Of a stretch of DNA of 64,000 bases, positions 62,531-64,000 are shown piece by piece (position 1 is the first letter of the stretch; each line of letters starts with the position of its first letter). The notes beneath the pieces were generated by a model. The model was not told the DNA's origin, ran no database searches, and was given only the letters and a program-made list of their open reading frames with translations. Source of the stretch: Callorhinchus milii (taxonomy: Eukaryota); assembly GCF_018977255.1 (NCBI RefSeq), contig NW_024704743.1:53694001-53758000 (forward strand). Direction: 5' to 3'. A program made the position numbers and the translations under genes.

Positions 62531-64000
62531 TACAACAACAGCAATAACAATATTACAACAACAACAATAACAACAAGATTCCATTTATAGAGCGCCTTTC
62601 ACGTCGGGAGGACGTCCCAAGGCGCTGTACAGTCGGGTCAGGACCCGAGCAGGGGGAAATGGTCAGGGTGAGGGGAGGGAAGGGAGGGAGCGAGGAGGGG
62701 GTAGGGAGTCGAGAGGGGAGCTGAAAGCCCGGTCAAAGAGAAAGGTCTTGAGACCAGCCTTGAAGGAGGAAAGGGAGGAGGCGGCGAAGGCACTGGGGGA
62801 TAGAGTTCCAGAGCCTCGGGGCTGAGAGGCTGAAGGCCCGGCCACCGATGGTAGGGCGGTTGGCAGGGGATGTGGAGCAGACCGTAGCCAGAGGAACGGA
62901 GGGTACGGGCAGGTAGGTAGGGGGATAGTAGGTCAGAGAGGTAGGAGGGAGCAAGGCCGTGAATGACCTTGTAGGTGAGGATGAGGATCTTGAATTCGAC
63001 ATGAATTACACATCTGGAGGACTTCCCAAGGCGCGGGACAGAGTACAGCATTTCAGACCTGAGCTGGAGGTGGGGGGGGGGGGGGAAGGGAGGGAAGGGG
63101 AAGTGGGGTGGCCGATGGCATGGTCGAAGAGGAAGGTCTTGATGGGGGACTTGAAGGAGGCTAAGAAGTGGGCGAGGTTGGGGGCAGAGTGGCTGTAGGC
63201 TCTCCTACCAATGGTGGGGTGGGTGGGTCGGGGGACATGGAGCAGGCCAGAGCCAGCTGAGAGGAGGGAATGGGTGGGTTGGTAGGGGATTAGGAGGTTG
63301 CAGAGGTAGGGTGGGGCGAGGCCATGGAGGGCTTTGTATGTGAGGATCAGGATTTTGAACTGGATCCTCTGAAGGATAGGGAGCCAGTGGAGTCGGGCGA
63401 GAGTGGGGGAGATGGGGTCATGGAGTTTGGTGCGGGAGAGGACAAGGGCTTCAGAGTTCTGGATTATCTCCAGCCTGCGAAGGGAGGAGTTGGGAAGGCC
63501 GACAAGCAGGGCATTTTCATAGTTGAGCCTGGAGGTGATGAAGGCATGAACAAGAGTTTCAGCGGCCTGAGGGGTGAGGTAGTGGCGGAGTCGGGTGATG
63601 TTACAGAGGTGAGGGAAGGCAGAGCGGGTCATGGCTTGAAAAGACAGTTAAGGGTCGAACAAGACACCGAGGTTCCTGACTGGTTTGGTGAGTTGGTGTG
63701 TGCAACTATGGAGGTTGATGCTGCCAGAGCCTGAGGTGCTGAGGCGCCGGCGGGAACCAATCAACAACAACAACAACAACAACAAGATTCCATTTATAAA
63801 GCGCCTTTCACGTCAGGAGGACGTCCCAAGGCGCTACACAGTTGGGTCATGACCCGAGCAGGGGGGAAATGGTCAGGGGAGGGGAGAGAGCGAGGAGGGG
63901 GGAAATGGTCAGGGTGAGGGGAGGGAAGGGAGGGAGCGAGGAGGGGGAGAGAGTCGAGAGGGGAGCTGAAGGCACGGTCAAAGAGAAAGGTTTTGAGACC
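62531..64000 (-). mobile_element. Three stacked L2 3' fragments (62531-62998, 63003-63762, 63762-64000)
   Basis: Three successive L2 3' ends on the minus strand; ORF 63006-63632 is the L2 ORF2 C-terminus. Confidence 0.9.

Overview
Vertebrate genomic DNA, AT-rich and dominated by repeats. The repeat complement suggests a cartilaginous fish, possibly a holocephalan (inference). Positions 1 to about 32 kb contain no coding exon I can support and are mostly L2 LINE 3' fragments, tRNA-derived L2-tailed SINEs, older DeuSINE (SacSINE1-like) copies, CR1 fragments and MITEs. From 32322 a + strand multi-exon gene of the RAPGEF5 (MR-GEF/GFR) family begins. Five coding exons (174, 54 or 57, 107, 122 and 169 nt) splice in frame and encode the N-terminus and DEP domain; the gene continues past the window. 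It is unusually divergent from tetrapod RAPGEF5 and may be a paralogue. The most notable non-coding signal is four short Penelope-type insertions flanked by target-site duplications (TSDs), each carrying a minimal type I hammerhead ribozyme motif; the copy at 40586-40622 (-) has an intact core. Also present: inverted L2 pairs around the exons, several perfect or near-perfect hairpins, and an unrecognised 3'-coterminal retroposon family. Comparisons to known proteins and repeat families are from memory, not from searches, and repeat boundaries are approximate.
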